From contig CBDCTJ010000007.1 of assembly GCA_965222115.1 (NCBI GenBank), positions 2,336,001 through 2,400,000 of the forward strand: DNA of 64,000 nucleotides, read 5' to 3'. This document shows, piece after piece, positions 10,423-19,300 of this stretch. This stretch comes from Planctomycetota bacterium (GTDB lineage: Bacteria > Planctomycetota > PLA2 > JAEUHO01). The notes under the pieces were generated by a model, which did not search any database, had not been told where the DNA came from, and saw only the letters and a list, made by a program, of their open reading frames with translations. Within the stretch, counting starts at the first letter, position 1; the number at the start of each line of letters is the position of its first letter. Position numbers and translations under genes: made by a program.

Positions 10423-10465
10423 CGAATCCCGCAAAAAAGTGCCGGGTGTAAATTTGCGGGGTTCG
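10423..10465. terminator. Possible bidirectional terminator hairpin between convergent genes
   Basis: CGAATCCCGCAAA...TTTGCGGGGTTCG inverted repeat; long loop and no clear U-tract. Confidence 0.4.
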
Positions 10466-10476
10466 TCTCACCTTCG

Positions 10477-11784
10477 TCAGCCGTCCTTCTTCTCCAACGC
10501 CTTCCTAAGCAACGCTCCGAGTTGGGTTTCGCCTTCGGCTTCTTGGCCACCGGACAAGACATCGCGAATGGTCGCATCGTCGGCGACGTCGGCAGTGAGC
10601 AAGTCGCCGCGTTCACTTAGTAGCGAGAGTCCGATGCGACGACGATCCGGTTCAATGTTGGCGATGCGCACGCTGAGCGTTTGGCCAATCGACACGACTT
10701 CTTTGGGGGAGCGCACCGAATGGGGCGCAAGTTGGCTTACGTGGGCCAATCCCTCCACACCTTCGGCAACTTCGACGAACGCACCGAAGTGAGCCATGCG
10801 TGTGACTTTGCCCTCGACGACCGATCCTGCAGGATTGCGTTCGATGAATGCGAGCCAAGGATCTTGGTCCAGCGCCTTTTTGCTCAGGCTGATGCGTCGC
10901 CCGTTTTCTTCAATGGACAGAATCTTGACGGTGACTTTGTCGCCTTCAGAAATGTGTTCCTTGGGATCTTCGACGCGTTTCCAAGCGAGTTCGGATACAT
11001 GCAAAAGGCCTTCGACGCCTCCAATATCCACAAATGCGCCAAAAGGCTCAACGCGCGTAACCGAACCACTTACGACGACACCGGGCGCCAAGCTGCTGAC
11101 GGCCTGCGCACGCGATTCTTCGCGTTCTCGTCTTAGGAGTCCGCGGCGGGAGACAATCAATCGTCGTTTTTCCCGATCGATCTCGATCACTTCCACAGAG
11201 AGGGCGCGTCCCACGAAAGTCTCTGGCTCCTCCACTCGCTCAAGCGCGATGTGCGAGACCGGCATGAACGCGGTCAGTACGCCACACTGCACTTCGAACC
11301 CACCCGTATTGGTCGCGCGCACCGTGCCTTGAAGGATCGAACCCACTTCGAGCCCGTCCCACTCCGCCGTTTGAATCGATCGGTGAAGGCTGCACAGGAA
11401 GATGCCCTCTTGTGCATCTTGTTCGCGCACAAAGACTTTGATGGAGCTGCCCACGTCGGGTGGCGTGCCGAAGTGCCCCGCTGGTACAACACCTTGAAGT
11501 CGAGGCCCAAACTCAATGAACACATCTTTGTCGGTGACGCCTGCCACGGTTCCCTGACAGAACGCGCCCTCTTTGGGATCCGTTGAAATGGCGTCTTGCG
11601 TTCTATCCCACGCAGCTAGTGCGTCTTCCATCGACGGTTCGTCGTCCTCGCTGCCCATTAGCGATGTGCCAGCGAGCGCCGCCTCGATTTCCTTTTCCAA
11701 TTCTTCGTCCGTTGGTGCCTTTGAGTCGCCGGTTGGCAAGTCCGGTGTCATGTCGGCGATTGGCTTTTCGTCAGGATCGGACAT
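10477..11784 (-). CDS. S1 RNA-binding domain protein (short ribosomal protein S1-like, 4 S1 domains)
   Basis: Four S1 repeats, e.g. GSVTRVEPFGAFVDIGGVEGLLHVSEL and GKVTRMAHFGAFVEVAEGVEGLAHVSQL. Confidence 0.88.
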   Translation of the reverse strand: MSDPDEKPIADMTPDLPTGDSKAPTDEELEKEIEAALAGTSLMGSEDDEPSMEDALAAWDRTQDAISTDPKEGAFCQGTVAGVTDKDVFIEFGPRLQGVVPAGHFGTPPDVGSSIKVFVREQDAQEGIFLCSLHRSIQTAEWDGLEVGSILQGTVRATNTGGFEVQCGVLTAFMPVSHIALERVEEPETFVGRALSVEVIEIDREKRRLIVSRRGLLRREREESRAQAVSSLAPGVVVSGSVTRVEPFGAFVDIGGVEGLLHVSELAWKRVEDPKEHISEGDKVTVKILSIEENGRRISLSKKALDQDPWLAFIERNPAGSVVEGKVTRMAHFGAFVEVAEGVEGLAHVSQLAPHSVRSPKEVVSIGQTLSVRIANIEPDRRRIGLSLLSERGDLLTADVADDATIRDVLSGGQEAEGETQLGALLRKALEKKDG

Positions 11785-12024
11785 TTGTCAGGCGCTCCGT
11801 GGGGGACCGGATAGTTTCCGTTCGGGCATCGGGCGGTGGCAAGATTGGATTTGGGTGTGAAATGGAAATCGCTGCAAATTGAAGGCGCGTGTGCGACGGG
11901 AGCGGCGTACCTCACGCAGAGGCGCGGACTGGCGAGAGGCGCAGGGAGAACTCAGCTAAAGAAGGCGACAACAACTTAGGGCGCGTGTCGGAGATTCCAA
12001 GGGTCGAAGACCCGATGGAAGCGG

Positions 12025-12080
12025 AGACCCTGAGTAAGCACCAGCGGATCTTTGATCCGCGCAGTGCGCATCGATGGGTC
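12025..12080. repeat. REP-like palindromic repeat (copy 1 of 2)
   Basis: AGACCCTGAGTAAGCACCAGCGGATCTTTGATCCGCGCAGTGCGCATCGATGGGTC; near-identical to 15853-15906. Confidence 0.75.
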
Positions 12081-13236
12081 AGCTGGGAACGCCCCTACTC
12101 GGCCCCTCGTAAAGCAATTCAGAATCCGCGTTGCGCTTCGTCTTTGGCCCGCGTTCTAAACGGAACATGCCAATGGCCAAAAGCACGACACCAACGCCCA
12201 TCGCAACTCCGTGGATGCGCTCATCGATCATCCATCCGGCAACGGTGGCAACCGCGATGGCTAGGCCTGCGAGAACAAAGGTCCATGGCGATGTCGCTTT
12301 GGCCTCTGAAGCATGTCGCGATGCGGGTTGCGCAGGACCTCGAGCGCGTCGTTGTTGATCGTTGAGTACTTCGACCGGCGACCTGAATCCCGAGGCAGCG
12401 CCGGCGAGGTCTTTGGGGGCTCGTGTGAGGCCTTGTCGATTGGCGGCAAGGATCTTCTGCGCGTCTTTGCCGGGTTGTCGGGTGTCGTTTTTGTAAATAT
12501 TGAGAAACGCTTCGCGATCGTCTTCACGCAGCCAACGATTGCCCGTGCGCTCGGCACGAATGGTGGTCATGGTGCGACCCATGTCGTCGTGGCCCGGATG
12601 CACCACGGTTTCGGATGGGCGATTACGGAAGAGGCGTTCCATGGTGTCGAACCATGCATTGCCGTCGCTTCCGGGCGCGTCGCGTACGCCGACGGTTCCA
12701 ATCAACAGTGTGTCGCCCGTGAAGAGTGCGCCGGGCGCCTCAACAACCAGGGCGTCATTGGTAACGCCGGGGGCGTGGTGAATCGTGAGTTGCTGCTCGC
12801 CGAGCGGAAGGATTGCGCCGTCGCTCGGTCGCGCTGTGGCGTTTTGATTTTCGGCGTTGGGATGAACGACATAGTCGCACCCGAGGCGGGCATGAAGGGC
12901 CGCGCCGCCCGATAGGTGATCGCCATGCGAGTGGGTATCCACGACGTAGCGCACGCGCGCCCGCTGGCTCGAGAGCGCTTCCATAGTTTCGCGAATGTTG
13001 TCGAGCACGGGATCGACTACACACGCCTCGCGAGAGCGTGGATCCACCGCGATGTAGGTGCGGCATCCGCGCGCATGGCAGATTTCGGTGACTTCGACGC
13101 GGCGGGGATCTCGGACCATGGCGAAATGATCCCTGGTGGGGGGGACGCCCGACGACCGGGCAGCATGCGGAATGTCGTCCGAAACGAGCCATCCTGCGGT
13201 TCGGGCTCGGTGCTCGCTATCCTGTTTGAATGGCAC
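12079..13236 (-). CDS. MBL-fold metallo-hydrolase (ETHE1/persulfide dioxygenase-like) with C-terminal TM helices
   Basis: DTHSHGDHLSG, FTGDTLLIG and VHPGHD motifs; hydrophobic C-terminus; true start may be downstream. Confidence 0.8.
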   Translation of the reverse strand: MPFKQDSEHRARTAGWLVSDDIPHAARSSGVPPTRDHFAMVRDPRRVEVTEICHARGCRTYIAVDPRSREACVVDPVLDNIRETMEALSSQRARVRYVVDTHSHGDHLSGGAALHARLGCDYVVHPNAENQNATARPSDGAILPLGEQQLTIHHAPGVTNDALVVEAPGALFTGDTLLIGTVGVRDAPGSDGNAWFDTMERLFRNRPSETVVHPGHDDMGRTMTTIRAERTGNRWLREDDREAFLNIYKNDTRQPGKDAQKILAANRQGLTRAPKDLAGAASGFRSPVEVLNDQQRRARGPAQPASRHASEAKATSPWTFVLAGLAIAVATVAGWMIDERIHGVAMGVGVVLLAIGMFRLERGPKTKRNADSELLYEGPSRGVPS

Positions 13237-14954
13237 GGCGCACCCACCGAACTCGAGTTGCTACCCTGAGCGGCAAACGCACGCCTGTCACGTCGCTGCC
13301 GCTTCTCATGGTCGCCGCCTTCTGTTTGCTTGTGAACGATGCATGCGGCGGTACGCCACGGTGGGGCATGGGCCCGTTTCCTGTTGGCGGTAAGAACACA
13401 TCCACCGCGGGTGCGCTTGCCGTGCTCACGGGGTTGAGCCCATCGATTGCGCGCACACGAGCCATTGCGTGGGAAGAACTCGAGCCGCGCATGATGCCCG
13501 GTACGCTCGGTCGCTACGAATGGGGGCGACTCGACGCCGCCGTGCGACTTCTGCAGCTCGGCGGATTCGAACCGCTGGTTGTTTTGTCTTGTCGTTCATC
13601 ATGGGCGTGCCAACCCACCGACACAACGGCTTGGGCGAAGCGTTGTTCGAGCGAACTGTCACGTGGCGAAGCTACGGCGGCCTTGGTGGAGACCAACGGA
13701 TCGGGTCGTCCACCGCGCAAGGAACATTGGAAGCGTTGGGAGGTGTTTGTTCAACACCTTATGGAACGCTACGACGGTGACGGGAAGCACGATATGCCCG
13801 GACTGCGTCGCCCCATTATTGGTGTACAGATTCAGGAATCGCCCGGCGAACTTGACGATTGGATTGGCAGCGTCAGCGACTACCTGCGGTTGTTGCACCA
13901 CACAGATCTTGGCGCCCACGCGGCGAGTGCAAGCGCACTTGTCGTCACCGGTGCCGTCGATGTGATGCAAACGGGGCAGGCGCCTCACCCCGCACCGAAG
14001 CAGTGGAAACGGCGCATTCGGGATGTGTTACCCACCGCGCCTCAGTCGGCGGTCATGGCCGCCGAGCGCGCCTTTGAACTCTTGGATCGTCTGCTCGAAA
14101 TGCCCCGTGTCTACGATGTGATTTGCCAGCGCGCATCGGGCAATCTGCACAACGACTTTGCCAATATCCGCTTTCTGCGAAGAACGCTGGATGGCAAGCG
14201 CGAGTATGACCGACGCGTGTGGCTCGTGAATGCGGGACGCAATCTAGAACGAGCCACCATCCGCGGTAAACCCAAACCATCCGAAGACGAACTCCGTATT
14301 CGGCGACGCTGGGTGCCGCCCGCCACCAACCCTGGCCATTCTGAACATGCGCGTGCCAAGGCTTGGTTGCGCTTGGGTCAAGCCTACGACGTTATTCGCA
14401 CCTTTTGTACGGCACGCCTGGCCGGAGCCGATGCCGTGGTATGTCATGCGCCGTTTGATGAAGTGTTGGATGCTCGCGGTCGTACCGTTCGCGGCGCCCA
14501 GTATTTGGGTCTGGTTGACGCGAAAGACCTTGACGTTGCTGCGACGGCATCGCGTACACCCAGTTGGTACGCGGCAAAGCAACTTGGCGATCTACTGCAC
14601 GACCACCGCAGCGTGGCTGAAGCCAACAAAGGGCTCCCGGGTCGAACCGTGTTGTTTCATTTCAACGCGAATGCAAAGCACTCATTTGTCGCCGTCCTCT
14701 TTCGCGATCCATCGCGTACATGGGCCGGCGAACCGGGTCGCAATGGCCGCCCCCCCAAAGCCAAGCTCCACTTTGCCGCCATGCCACTCCCCAATGGCCA
14801 CTACTACGTTGAGTCCATTCGCACCACCGCGAAGCCGGCACCCAAGAAGCGTGTAAACGTGCGCGATGGTGTTCTCGAATTGAGCTTGGGTCCTGCGCCT
14901 GTGTTTGTGTATCCGGTGCCGTTGAACGAAATCACGGCGGATCGGGGGAAGTAG
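13230..14954 (+). CDS. Putative glycoside hydrolase-like (clan A TIM barrel) exported protein
   Basis: WEELEP..GRYEWGRLDAAV and ERYDGDG..DMPGL..PI motifs; the usual NEP position reads QES; start uncertain. Confidence 0.5.
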   Translation: MARRTHRTRVATLSGKRTPVTSLPLLMVAAFCLLVNDACGGTPRWGMGPFPVGGKNTSTAGALAVLTGLSPSIARTRAIAWEELEPRMMPGTLGRYEWGRLDAAVRLLQLGGFEPLVVLSCRSSWACQPTDTTAWAKRCSSELSRGEATAALVETNGSGRPPRKEHWKRWEVFVQHLMERYDGDGKHDMPGLRRPIIGVQIQESPGELDDWIGSVSDYLRLLHHTDLGAHAASASALVVTGAVDVMQTGQAPHPAPKQWKRRIRDVLPTAPQSAVMAAERAFELLDRLLEMPRVYDVICQRASGNLHNDFANIRFLRRTLDGKREYDRRVWLVNAGRNLERATIRGKPKPSEDELRIRRRWVPPATNPGHSEHARAKAWLRLGQAYDVIRTFCTARLAGADAVVCHAPFDEVLDARGRTVRGAQYLGLVDAKDLDVAATASRTPSWYAAKQLGDLLHDHRSVAEANKGLPGRTVLFHFNANAKHSFVAVLFRDPSRTWAGEPGRNGRPPKAKLHFAAMPLPNGHYYVESIRTTAKPAPKKRVNVRDGVLELSLGPAPVFVYPVPLNEITADRGK

Positions 14955-14983
14955 GGGTTGGGTACAACTAGATGTGATAAAGC

Positions 14984-15102
14984 TCACCCGTCACCCGTCA
15001 CCCGTCACCCGTTACCCGGACTCAAGTCTGAGCGTCCGATGTTCGATTAGCGCCTGTTCGTGGACGTGGACGTGGACGTGGACGTGGACGTGGACGTGGA
15101 CG
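14984..15102 (+). repeat. Composite repeat unit 3: (TCACCCG)x4+TTACCCG, core, (GTGGAC)x7
   Basis: Directly visible. The hexamer array ends 1 nt from the stop of 15104-15478. It contains the unoccupied IS target CCCGGA-CT-CAAGT (CT at 15021-15022). Confidence 0.92.
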
Positions 15103-15103
15103 A

Positions 15104-15478
15104 TCACGGGTCGTCGAATCGACGCTGAAGTACGAACAACATCGCGACACATCGCTCCAAGGAGTTCATCACGCGTGAGGTTATGGCGTCGCTGGCGAGG
15201 CCGAGTAGCAGCGCGTGATGTAGGGCCGCAATGGCTTCAGTGCATTCGGCGTGTGCGATGTCGTACGCTTTGCGTTTCTCGGCTGGACGCCTTTTCGATA
15301 GGCCTTCGGCGACGTTTAGCGCCACGCTGGTACTAGCGCGCCTGAGTTGATCGGCGAGCTTTGCGTGGCCTCGAGGCCATGTGGCACAGAGGGCGTTGCA
15401 TTCAAGTGCCGTGGATTGTGAGGTGCGGTAGACATCGAAGCGTTTGAGGTACTCAAGCGTGGAAGACGCGCTTGTCAT
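15104..15478 (-). CDS. Four-helix bundle protein (Avd-like / IVP family), copy A2
   Basis: 124 aa; same signature as 9199-9573, with 19 substitutions by manual alignment. Confidence 0.9.
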   Translation of the reverse strand: MTSASSTLEYLKRFDVYRTSQSTALECNALCATWPRGHAKLADQLRRASTSVALNVAEGLSKRRPAEKRKAYDIAHAECTEAIAALHHALLLGLASDAITSRVMNSLERCVAMLFVLQRRFDDP

Positions 15479-15514
15479 GATGGAACTCCAGCGTTAAGGG
15501 AATGCAAGCCGTTT

Positions 15515-15568
15515 GCTCGCGTGTGCCCTTCGTGAAGGAGCCGAAGGCGAAGGAGGGCACACGCGAGC
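15515..15568 (-). promoter_or_regulatory. Conserved hairpin in the leader of four-helix bundle gene A2
   Basis: Perfect 14-bp stem GCTCGCGTGTGCCC...GGGCACACGCGAGC. Confidence 0.6.
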
Positions 15569-15688
15569 GGGTCGTACAAAAGAAGCCCCGCGTAATAGCG
15601 ACAACTCGTTCTCAAGCTGGAGTTCCATTGCAAGCGGCGCCCGCGCGTACCGATCCCGCTGGAGCAGCCGGCGGTGTTGCCCAAGGTT

Positions 15689-15825
15689 CCGTCACCCGTT
15701 TCCCGTGCCCCGTTACCCGGACTCAAGTGTGGGCGTCCGATGTTCGATTCACGCCAGCTCGTGGACGTGGACGTGGACGTGGACGTGGACGTGGACGTGG
15801 ACGTGGACGTGGACGTGGACGTGGA
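15689..15825 (+). repeat. Composite repeat unit 4: heptamers, core, (GTGGAC)x10
   Basis: CCGTCACCCGTTTCCCGTGCCCCGTTACCCGGA-CT-CAAGTGTGGGCGTCCGATGTTCGATTCACGCCAGCTC-(GTGGAC)10. Confidence 0.92.
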
Positions 15826-15852
15826 GAGCAAATGGCCTTGCCATTTGCGCGA

Positions 15853-15906
15853 AGACCCTGAGTAAGCTCCAGCGGATCTCTGATCCGCGCAGTGCGCTTC
15901 GAAGGG
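15853..15906. repeat. REP-like palindromic repeat (copy 2 of 2)
   Basis: AGACCCTGAGTAAGCTCCAGCGGATCTCTGATCCGCGCAGTGCGCTTCGAAGGG. Confidence 0.75.
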
Positions 15907-15945
15907 TGGACGCAAAATTGCTCGCGTCAGGTTCCCGGTCAAACG

Positions 15946-16320
15946 CTACTTATACGCCCCATCCTTCTTCATCGCGCATGTCTTGCACGCGGGGCCACCG
16001 TTGGCCTTGTGTTCATAGCAGTCTTTGCACGCGGTTTTGTCGCCTTTGATATAGCCAGCACTGCAGGCTTCGCACCATACGCTTTCGCCGGTCTTGCCCT
16101 TGTAGCAACTTTCGCAGCCCGTCTTATTGCCATCGACGTAGCCCACGCCGCAGGCTTCGCACCAAACGTTCTCGCCTTTCTTGCCCTTTGTGCACGTCGC
16201 GCAGGCCTCGGCCTCTTGGGAATCGCCACAGCCTGTAAGGAGTACGACGGCGGGTGCGGCAACGAACAAGGTGGCGACAATGAACAGCTTGGCGGATAGA
16301 AATCGTGTGAGGGTTTTCAT
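15946..16320 (-). CDS. Small Cys-rich putative lipoprotein with six CxxC motifs
   Basis: GGAG RBS, signal peptide with LTGC lipobox, internal repeat C..C.KGK.GE.VWCEAC..GY..G.KT. Confidence 0.7.
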   Translation of the reverse strand: MKTLTRFLSAKLFIVATLFVAAPAVVLLTGCGDSQEAEACATCTKGKKGENVWCEACGVGYVDGNKTGCESCYKGKTGESVWCEACSAGYIKGDKTACKDCYEHKANGGPACKTCAMKKDGAYK

Positions 16321-16459
16321 GGGGGACTCCGGGCGGAACACTTGCGCGTAAGGATTGAAGCAAGCGCGGTTTGCCTACACACCTGGCAACCGACTACCAT
16401 CCCATGACAACGAGCGTCGTGGGTGGGCGTTGAGAGCCCACGAAGGAGTGTTTGCTGCG

Positions 16460-17035
16460 TTACTTGGACGCTGGCGCTTCCGTCTCGGTGTTCAAGTGTT
16501 CTTCCCAAAGACGCTCAATGGCGATTTTTGCCCACGGCGTAAACATGTCGGGATCTGCCTTGGCAGCCGCCGCGCATTGCGATAGCTCCATCCACGCAAT
16601 GGTGTAGGCATAGTCGGGATTGAGTTTGGCATCTTCGTGGGTGATGGTGCACTCAAAGAGTGTGCAGTGTTCATGTTCACTGCCGAGTTCTTCCGTTGCG
16701 TGATAAACGAACGAGAACTTCTCGTAGAGCGGTGCAGCCAAGCCCCACTCCGCGTGCAAGCATCGCCACGCCGCATCAACGAGTGTTTCGGTTTCGTCTC
16801 CGCGTACGAGCGGGTGTGTAGCACCACCGAGGTCCCAATAGCCGTCCCACAGCTCGGCCCGACGTTTGTGAAGCAGCACGAGACCGCGCGCGTCGCGAAT
16901 CGACAACATGATGGCTTGATGCAGCTGGCCGTTGCCTTCGTGGCACGCGGAGCGCTCCTTGACGCCTGTTGGCGAACCGGATTCGTCACAGAGCACGAGC
17001 ATCTGTTCAGGAAACGGATTCTTCTTTTTCGTCAT
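16460..17035 (-). CDS. idi: Isopentenyl-diphosphate delta-isomerase type 1 (NUDIX)
   Basis: CH..G.LHQA, LLHKR...W.GYWD...THP, EWGL, EHEHC and FTPW motifs. Confidence 0.8.
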   Translation of the reverse strand: MTKKKNPFPEQMLVLCDESGSPTGVKERSACHEGNGQLHQAIMLSIRDARGLVLLHKRRAELWDGYWDLGGATHPLVRGDETETLVDAAWRCLHAEWGLAAPLYEKFSFVYHATEELGSEHEHCTLFECTITHEDAKLNPDYAYTIAWMELSQCAAAAKADPDMFTPWAKIAIERLWEEHLNTETEAPASK

Positions 17036-17078
17036 GATGATTCCTACGCGCCATGCGCAACGCATACGCGGGTCGTCG

Positions 17079-18554
17079 TTACGCGTCCCATGCGGGTGGC
17101 AGCAAACGTCGTTTTCCGTCCTCGGTACGTGGGATGTCGTTCGGCACCGGATCCGCGCCGCGCAAGCCAATCTTGTCCCATAGCTTGCACGTCACTTCTT
17201 TGTGGGCCTGGTCGAGTCCCTCGCAATAGTTCGTATAGGTACAGCGCCGAATCTCGGAACCGCGACCGAGGGCCATTTTCCTGAACCAGTCAGGGTCCGC
17301 CAGTGATTGCCGGGCCGCAGCGATCAAATCGGCATGTCCATCCTTGAGTGCTGCCTCAGCCTGGTCAAATGTGCAGATGCCTCCGGCAGCCACTATTGGC
17401 GTTTCATGGCCATCGGCGCGTACCGCATCCCGGACGGCCCGGGCCAGCGGAATATTGCGCCCAAACGGACCTGGCGGACCGATTCGGGTGGTGGGCATGC
17501 ACTCATGCCCGCTTTCACCTGTGTAGGGATAGATGGCGTGACCAACTCGTGGCCGTTTGGCGTCCTCAAATCGCCCGCCCTTGGACAGCGAGAGGAAGTC
17601 CAGCCCAGCGGCAGCAAAGGCCCGCCCATAGGCAACTGCGTCCTCGATGCGGCTGCCGCCCTCAACGACGTCATCGCCAAGGAAGCGAGCACCTACGCAC
17701 ACCTCATGACCCACGCGCTCGCGAACGGCTTGGATGACCTCAAGTGGCAACGCCATTCTCCGTGCCTGCGTGCCGCCATAGTCATCGCTTCGCACATTGG
17801 TGCGACTCAAGAAGGACGACATGGTGTAGGCGTGTGCAAAATGGAGCTCCACGCCGTCAAAGCCTGCCCGAACCGCGCGATCGCTGGCATCGGCAAAGAG
17901 TGTTGGCAGCGTTACCGGCAACGATCGAATATGGGGGAGATGCGTGTCATTGACCGTTTCTCTGTACCCGAAGTGAAGCGCTTCATGCTCGCGCGCGGAG
18001 AGCAGCCCAAGGTGCTCCGCGGGTGTCGCCGCGGCGACCGCGCTCGCCACATCGTCGTCGGATGCCGTTCGCCATCCAGAATCTCTCCGCAAGTTTGCGA
18101 GCTTCCACCGATGTGCGGCGGTGGGTTTGAAGTATCGCTGAAAGTAGGTCTCGGGTTGTGGCCGTCGATTGACCCGCAGAAAATCGATGATCTGGAGGAG
18201 GAATCGCGTTTGACCCTTGCTGGCCTCTTTGACCCGCTCGGTGAGGCGTTTCATGCCCGGAACGAATCGATCATGACCGATGCGTAAAAGCGGCCCGCTG
18301 GGGATGTCGCGAATGCCTGTGGCCTCGGCCACCAGTACGCCCGGCTGCCCAGCCGCGAAACGCGCATACCAGTCGAGGTTTCGATTCGTGACGAAGCCGT
18401 CATTCGTTGCGCGCCACGGGACCATCGCCGGCACCCACGTGCGCGACCTTGCCGTCAGGGGTCCGACTCGAATGGGGCGAAAGAGCCTCGCGCCCTCGGC
18501 TTGCTCAACGCTTGGCCAGCTCGCATCGGGGAGGGGTACCGGCACCCGCGTCAT
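17079..18554 (-). CDS. NADH:flavin oxidoreductase / old yellow enzyme family
   Basis: LFRPIRVG, AGFDGVELHFAHAY..SSFLSRTN.R.D.YGG, ARQSLADPDW and C-terminal CTYTNYC. Confidence 0.88.
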   Translation of the reverse strand: MTRVPVPLPDASWPSVEQAEGARLFRPIRVGPLTARSRTWVPAMVPWRATNDGFVTNRNLDWYARFAAGQPGVLVAEATGIRDIPSGPLLRIGHDRFVPGMKRLTERVKEASKGQTRFLLQIIDFLRVNRRPQPETYFQRYFKPTAAHRWKLANLRRDSGWRTASDDDVASAVAAATPAEHLGLLSAREHEALHFGYRETVNDTHLPHIRSLPVTLPTLFADASDRAVRAGFDGVELHFAHAYTMSSFLSRTNVRSDDYGGTQARRMALPLEVIQAVRERVGHEVCVGARFLGDDVVEGGSRIEDAVAYGRAFAAAGLDFLSLSKGGRFEDAKRPRVGHAIYPYTGESGHECMPTTRIGPPGPFGRNIPLARAVRDAVRADGHETPIVAAGGICTFDQAEAALKDGHADLIAAARQSLADPDWFRKMALGRGSEIRRCTYTNYCEGLDQAHKEVTCKLWDKIGLRGADPVPNDIPRTEDGKRRLLPPAWDA

Positions 18555-18600
18555 TCGGGAATCCTCCGTCTTTGCTGCGTGTCCGCGTTTAATTGGGCCT

Positions 18601-19113
18601 ATGAGGGTCATTCTACTCCGCCACGGCATTGCCTTACCCCAAGACGGTCGAGAGATTCAGAGCGACGCTGCGCGTCCGCTTAGCCCCGAGGGCATTCGCA
18701 AGACGCGGCGTGCGTGCGCCGGGCTCGCGCGGTTGTTGGACGGTCAATCGGTGGCCGTGCTTTCGAGTCCTCTTGTTCGTGCCCGCGAAACGGCCGAACT
18801 GCTTGGCGAAGAGCTTTCCGCCACCACCGACGTGCGCCTAGTGGACGCGCTTGCCATCGGCGAAGACACCGCGGCGGTGCTTACGGAGCCGGAGTTGCAA
18901 GGCGGTTATGACGCGATCGTGTTGGTTGGACATCAGCCCAGCATGAGTGCCCTTGCAAGTTACCTCGTAGCCGGCGATTGGAGTGTGCGAATGGGGTTCA
19001 AAAAGTCGGCGGCATTTTGCGCTTCTTTCATGGGTCGCGCAGTGCCGGGTCGTGGTGAGATGGAATGGTTCCTTCCGCCCAAAGTACTGCGCGGGTACGG
19101 GAAGGGCCGTTGA
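18601..19113 (+). CDS. sixA: Phosphohistidine phosphatase SixA-like
   Basis: LLRHGIA, RPLSPEG, SSPLVRARETA and LVGHQP motifs. Confidence 0.85.
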   Translation: MRVILLRHGIALPQDGREIQSDAARPLSPEGIRKTRRACAGLARLLDGQSVAVLSSPLVRARETAELLGEELSATTDVRLVDALAIGEDTAAVLTEPELQGGYDAIVLVGHQPSMSALASYLVAGDWSVRMGFKKSAAFCASFMGRAVPGRGEMEWFLPPKVLRGYGKGR

Positions 19114-19300
19114 ACCAAGCCGCTTGAGGTTGTCGATCGAATCGATCGCTTGACAGGGAGCCTACCGACCCATGCCCGTTGCCAGCTCGGTGCACGAAAC
19201 GCGACAACCATGCAAGGATCCATATGTCTGCATGGTTTCAGGGCCTCGAAGGGAGGCGAACGCATCTGCTGGATCTGCGCGCTCCTGGTCTCTTAACCTC

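Noticed and set aside
9199-15478. Diversity-generating retroelement or 23S rRNA intervening sequence
   Set aside because: No reverse transcriptase, no TR/VR pair with adenine-specific differences was seen, and there is no rRNA gene in the window.
14974-16049. ORFs with TWTWTW, VDVDVD, RGRGRG or STSTST runs (also VHVHVH at 9107-9475)
   Set aside because: Translations of the non-coding (GTGGAC)n arrays, which contain no stop codons in any frame.
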